Assembly (NCBI RefSeq): GCF_032191835.1
Contig: NC_083234.1
Coordinates: 77,810,001-77,874,000, forward strand
Length of the DNA stretch: 64,000 nt
From: Heteronotia binoei
Taxonomy: Eukaryota
Reading direction: 5' to 3'
Part shown: positions 58,701 through 64,000 of the stretch, one piece after another
Numbering within the stretch: the first letter of the stretch is position 1
Layout of the letters: every line of letters starts with the position of its first letter
Notes under the pieces: model-generated
The model's input: only the letters and a program-made list of their open reading frames with translations
Databases searched by the model: none
What the model was told of the DNA's origin: nothing
Program-made: the position numbers and the translations under genes

Positions 58701-60959
58701 GTAGAGGCCTTCGGTCAGCGCTTTGTGCATCTGGACAGGGAGAGGCCCTGCTGGCTGGCTGGCTGGCTGGCACACTCACACACACGCTTACTTACCTGCG
58801 TTTCAAACAGAGCGTAAAACACACTGCAAAAAGGACTGCCCCATTGTGGGATGGGGTCTTCTTTGCTTCTTTGGCCATTCCTTGTGCAAGGCATGAGCTT
58901 GTGATGGTCACAACCCTCCACAAGTGCCCAGGCGTAAGAACAGTGGTGGGTTTGAAGAGCCTTCACCGGTTTTTGCAGCTTGTATTCCGTGCAGCATCTT
59001 ATTTTTATTTATTTATTTATTTATTCGGGATTTGTATCCCGCCCTTCCCACGAATGGCTCAGGGCGGCTTCCGACAGTTAATCAAACATAAAATTTAAAC
59101 AATTTCAAGTATAAAACAATTAAATATTTAAACAGTTAAAACCTTAAAAACAGAGTAATTCAGAGTAATTTGTGAATTTATGCCAGTTTTAGTGTCACTT
59201 TGTAAGAATATTGGGCCTTGGAGCATATCAGGAGCTGACATTTGCTGAGCCAACCTGACAGTTCATCCGGTAACATAAGAACAGCCCTGTTGTATCAGAC
59301 CCAAGGTCCGTCTAGTCCAGCTCTCTGTTTGCACAGTGGCCAACCTCTAGGAAGCCCACAAACAGGAAGTCAGGTACTGTTTGCTTCCAGTGGCAGCAGC
59401 TCTCCAGTGAGGAAGGCCCTTCCCAGCACCTGCCCCCCCCCCGAGACTTTTCTCTTGGAGACTGAACTCTGTCAGAGGCTGTTCTGCTCAAGAGCAGTTA
59501 TTGTCAGAGCTCTCAGCCCCACCTACCTCACAGGGTGCCTTGTGGGGAGGGGAAGTGAAAGGAGCTTGTAAGCTACTGTGAGACTCCTTTGGGTAGTGAA
59601 GGGTGGGATATAAATCCAATCTTTCCCCTTCTTCTGTCTGTTTCTCCAACTGTGTCCTGCGGTCTACATGTTGGCTTGACTGATTCTGACTGTCAGTGGC
59701 TCTCCCAGGTCTCTGGAAAGAAGTTTTCTCAGCTCTGCCTTGGAAGGTTCTTTAACAGGCCATTTGTGGGCAAAGATTGCTTCTCCTTGAAGCTGGAGTG
59801 CAAAAGATTTAAAGCTTCCAGTTTCCCCCAAATTTCACTTGATGATGACCATTTATAGCCATACTTTCTTACTGAGACTCAAGGCAGATTGCAAAATACG
59901 AAAAGCAAGTCAATCATAAAGCAAATAGCTCCACTAAACAATGTAGGAGGACTTGGGTTACAGAACTGGGAGCAAAGCAACATAAACCACTCAAAGGAAA
60001 TGAAAACTATCTGAGGCATGGTTTACGGTAATGAAGAAAGAGGGCTATAATTGCTGTACAAAGGGAGGTGACTGATAGTTTAAAATTATGCACAGGGTGG
60101 AGAGAGTTGACAAAGAGAACTTTTTCTCCCTCTCCCCAAATACTGAAACTCCGTGAAGCAGATGGGCAGTAGATTCAGGACTGACAAAAGGAAATACTAC
60201 TTTACACAGAGAGTGATTAAAAGGTGGAGTTTGCTGCCGACATAGACAGGTAGATTGATGAAGTCTATCAGTGGCTCCCCATCAAGAATCCTCTGAATCA
60301 CAGTTCCAGGAGGCAACATCAGGGAAAGGCTTCTACACCCAGTTGTTGGGTGTCCAGAGGAACTGGTTGGCCACTGTGTGAGACCGGATGCTGAACTGGA
60401 TGGACAACTGGTCTGACCCAGCAGGGCTCTTCATACTCCCCTTTATAGAACCCCCTTCCCTGATCTGCTCTGTTATACAATGGTTCCACTTGTAGATGGC
60501 TTCATAACTGCAGGGGGGCACTACCCAGCCCACCTGCCTCTTTCCTTTGTCAGCCGCAGCTGAATTTCATGCCCCCCAGCCCAGTGTGCAGACAGCAGCA
60601 GCGTGCGATCAGTGGCTGTTCTGCATCCTCCTAAAAGGGTGAATGATGGGAGGCCAGGCTGTTCAAACGGTGTTCCTTTATTACATAACAGCAGTCACAG
60701 CAGGCTTTTCACTTGCAGTGTGAGCTTGAATGTGGCCCCGCGTGCACGGATATCCATTCATTGAATGCAAGGCGCAGGCTTCTGCTCCCCCCTCTGTGCT
60801 TTATGTCAGCCGTTTTTTACCCTATGCTTGTAAAAGTTATTTATTGCTTAAAAACAAAACTTCCCATGTATATTTGAAAAACAGTTAAGTTTCAGGATCA
60901 GGGATCCTGGGTTTTTTCTTTTTTCCATCTTCTGGGCATGGAGCCGGGGTTGCTGTGTG

Positions 60960-61052
60960 TGTGGGGGAGGTGGGGGAGGTTATTTGTGAGTTTCCTGCAT
61001 TGTTTTGGAAGTTGGACTAGATGACCCGGGAGGTCCCTTCCAACTCTATGAT
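60960..61052 (+). mobile_element. CR1 3' terminus in EXOSC2 intron 8
   Basis: GGACTAGATGACCCGGGAGGTCCCTTCCAACTCTATGATTC. Confidence 0.85.
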
Positions 61053-61339
61053 TCCCTCTGTTAGTGACATTACAGCTACTGGCCAATTGGTACCATCCTC
61101 AGCCAGCTTTCTCTATTTAAATTCAAATATCCAGAAAAACTTTAGAGGGTCTTCCCCCCCCCCCCCCCCGGGAGCTAAGCACAGAAAGGGAAAATGTACG
61201 TTTGGACTGAGCATGATGAGGGTACTTCCCAACTGCCCACCCAGTTCTGCCAACAGTGGGCCTGCTTCACGCCCGTGCCATGTGTGACATGTGGCGAAGG
61301 CTTGCGTGTGCTGATTTCCTTAATTTTTTTAAATTGCAG

Positions 61340-61420
61340 ATCAAGGACCTGCTGAAGCTGGAGGTGATGGAGGAGATTGTGCTTCAGACTCGGCAGAGGC
61401 TCCTGGAACTGGAGGGATGA
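61340..61420 (+). CDS. EXOSC2: EXOSC2 coding exon 9 with stop
   Basis: aattgcAG|; IKDLLKLEVMEEIVLQTRQRLLELEG*. The nine exons sum to 894 nt = 297 aa plus stop, all phases compatible. Confidence 0.96.
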   Translation: MKDLLKLEVMEEIVLQTRQRLLELEG

Positions 61421-62562
61421 TTGAGGAGTGGGAGGCGAGGAATGCCCCGGTGGACTCCCCAAGGCACAGCGTAGGCTCTCCTCTTGCTCTGCTTCTCCAG
61501 TCCAGCTTCTCCAAAACATTCCATGGTCTGGAAAACCCACTGAGCATCCTCTTGCTTTCAGAGTGGCTCCTGCCTCTCTTTCCCATGGGGGATTTCTTAC
61601 TTGGCTGGTTAAAAATCCCAGCCCAAAAAGGAATGCAGGAAGAACCATGAAAGGAAAAGAAACTCCTGGCTGTGATGTTGTAAGAACAGCAGTGGAAACT
61701 GAGGTGTGGAGGGATGTTTTCTGCAGGAAGTGGAATGCTCTCTGGAAAATGTTACAAGGAAAAAAGGTTTGCTGTTGTAGGATGGGAGGGTCAACCGTTC
61801 TAGGGAGCAGCTCTTCTGGACCACGATGTGGGTGTCTTGGAGTCTCGTCTCACATGCTTCTTTCTTACGACATTTGTGTCCATCCCTGCATTTCAGTGAA
61901 CAGTCCTCCAAAGCTTGTCTTCACTGTGGGGACTGGCGCATGCATGAGGGCACACACCAATGCATGTGCATGTGCGCAAAGTTAGATCAAGTTGGAAATC
62001 GACACCCTTGCTTTCCATCCGCTGGCCTGCAGTGTGATGCTGCTGCACCGCTCAGCTTTGGCAAATGGCAGGCAGACCCAGAACCCACAGCCTCACACAG
62101 CCTCAAATAATGCTGCTGTCCAGGGTCAGAGTGGTCACAACTCTTCCTTGTGGCACTCTGTGGTCAGTTGTTGCAACCCTCCTCCCACCCCCCGGCAGTG
62201 GCAGACATCCCCGGGCAACTATTTCAAGGTCTGTCGGCTGTGCAGTCTGCAGGCATGGCCAGAATTAGTCAGTGGTGCTGTGCTCTGTGTGTGAGTGAGA
62301 GAGTGAGTGTTCAGCAGATCAGCACAAGGGAGCTGACTGGATGGTTGCATTCGAGCCCACTGAGTTCTTTAGCATGAACAGCTGCCATTGAGACCACCTT
62401 TATTGCAGGCTTGTTGTAAAAGGGCAGTTTTACATTTTTTAAAAAAATAACCAGCAATATTGAGAATTTTTAATTATTTCACATATGTGTTTGCAAGACT
62501 GAATTTCACATATGGGGTGTTCTAGTATTTTTGTACCAGAGATCTGTAAAAAAAACCCTTTC

Positions 62563-62568
62563 AATAAA
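62563..62568 (+). terminator. Polyadenylation signal (EXOSC2)
   Basis: AATAAA about 1.15 kb after the stop, preceded by TGTA motifs. Confidence 0.6.
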
Positions 62569-62622
62569 TTCTTTTTAAAAAAACAAAGCAAGGTCTTGTC
62601 CAAATAATAATCTGTTTTCTTT

Positions 62623-62916
62623 GGCCCCAGAAGGGTAGGACCAGAACCAATGGGTTGAAATTAAATCAAAAGAGTTTCCGGCTCAACATTAGGAAGAACT
62701 TCCTGACCGTTAGAGCAATTCGTCAGTGGAACAGGCTTCCTCAGGAGGTGGTGGGCTCTCCTTCCTTGGAGGTTTTAAAATAGAGGCTAGATGGCCTTCT
62801 GACAGCAATGAAGATCCTGTGAATTTAGGGGGAGGTGTTTCTGAGTTTCCTGCATTGTGCAGGGGGTTGGACTAGATGACCCTGGAGGTCCTTTCTAACT
62901 GTTATGATTCTATGAT
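62623..62916 (+). mobile_element. Young CR1 3' fragment just downstream of the EXOSC2 poly(A) signal
   Basis: Reverse complement of the 54641 copy; tail GTTATGATTCTATGAT. Confidence 0.9.
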
Positions 62917-64000
62917 CTGAGTAAGAAGTCTTTTAAATTAGTAACAGAACCTGCATTGTAGAGAAAAACAAAGTTATTTGTGCTTCCTAGGGTCTTTCAG
63001 AATCTGTCAACAGAAGGATTGCTTTACAAAATAACAAAGGCGGATGGATTTGTTGGCTTGCCTGAGACAATCCAATCCTCCATCTCAAGAATCTGCAACT
63101 GGTTTTGTGGTCCATTTGAGCCGTTTGTTTAAGACCAGAAGTTGTCTGCTGGTGCCAATCCAGCTGCTTTGTTTCTCAAGTGCCAACCAGGGTTTTAAAA
63201 CATGCCAAGAGGCTGAAAAATGTCTTAGTCTTCTTGGTGGGCATGTGCCAATTGTTGGATCCCATAGGGGGCAGGTTTGTGGCACCAGAGTGAGGGGCAT
63301 AGCCAGGCCACTAGGAATTTCTTCTGAGCGAGACTTGTCAGAATGAATGGGAGGTTGAAAAAGAGTAGCGGGTCTGGAAGGCCTACCTTCTAGGGACTGC
63401 TTTTCTCTGAGCTGCTGCCACAAAAGGGTCCTTGGATGTGTAGACCTGCCTGATGGCAGCTAGCTATCAAGGTACTTTGCAGGGAACCCTGGGTCTAAGG
63501 GAGTTTCCCAGCAAGAAAAGGCACCAACCAGTTCCCTCCTTCCTGCCATAACAATGGGTGGTAGTGGTGGGATTTGCATTTGGAGAGTTCTTGTTTCTCT
63601 GTTGCTTTTTTTTTTAGAGCTCCCAGTTCTTTCTTGTTGGTTTTGCTGAGAAATCCCAAGTGAGAAATGTGAAACCGGATGCTACTGAAGAATTCCTGTC
63701 ACATAATATGCCAGAAGCAGAATTAGAACTATGGTTCTGCAACTCACTTAGTGTGTCTTTAGTCCCACACAGCAAGACACAAAGTGTGTTTCCTCAGGAG
63801 TAAGTCCTGTTTGGGGCAATGGCACTGAACTCTTGGTCACTGATTGTATTACACTTGTCTTTTCGATAATCTCATGACTGTTTTTCTTTGTGCTTTTGCA
63901 CGTTTTCGTTCTGTTTGCTTGTGTGTTCCTGTTTCAGGTTTAAATTTGGGGGTTTTTTATGCTGGAATACATTGATGTAATATCAAATCAACCACTAGAG

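Noticed and set aside
61418-61480. Stop-codon readthrough extension of EXOSC2
   Set aside because: The TGA is followed by TTG rather than a CTAG-type context, and the extension looks non-conserved.
62920-64000. Start of ABL1 expected from synteny
   Set aside because: No CpG island or ABL1-like exon is visible; it presumably lies beyond the window.

Overview
Repeat-rich squamate genomic DNA, most likely a gecko, judged from the Sauria-type, 5S-derived and tRNA-derived SINEs, CR1/L2/L1 LINEs and hAT MITEs. Two + strand protein-coding genes lie in the order known from human 9q34. The first is PRDM12 (nociceptor-specifying PR/SET zinc-finger factor): exons 2-5 are present, exon 1 is upstream of the window, and the zinc fingers fall in an N gap. 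The second is a complete 9-exon EXOSC2 (RRP4, RNA exosome cap subunit, 297 aa). ABL1, expected next, is not seen. Most notable: (1) a 1-bp frameshift in PRDM12 exon 2, which is either an assembly error or a null allele of a pain gene; (2) Penelope-like retroelement ends carrying minimal hammerhead-ribozyme motifs, one with an intact catalytic core in the sense strand of PRDM12 intron 2; (3) a U12-type intron in EXOSC2; (4) the EXOSC2 core promoter and exon 1 sandwiched between two inverted copies of one MITE; (5) a palindromic repeat carrying CTCF-like motifs; (6) several tandemly amplified retroelement tails and fold-back elements. Gene calls rest on my recall of the vertebrate proteins plus splice-site and phase consistency. 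Repeat family names come from recognised motifs, not database searches, and repeat boundaries are approximate.
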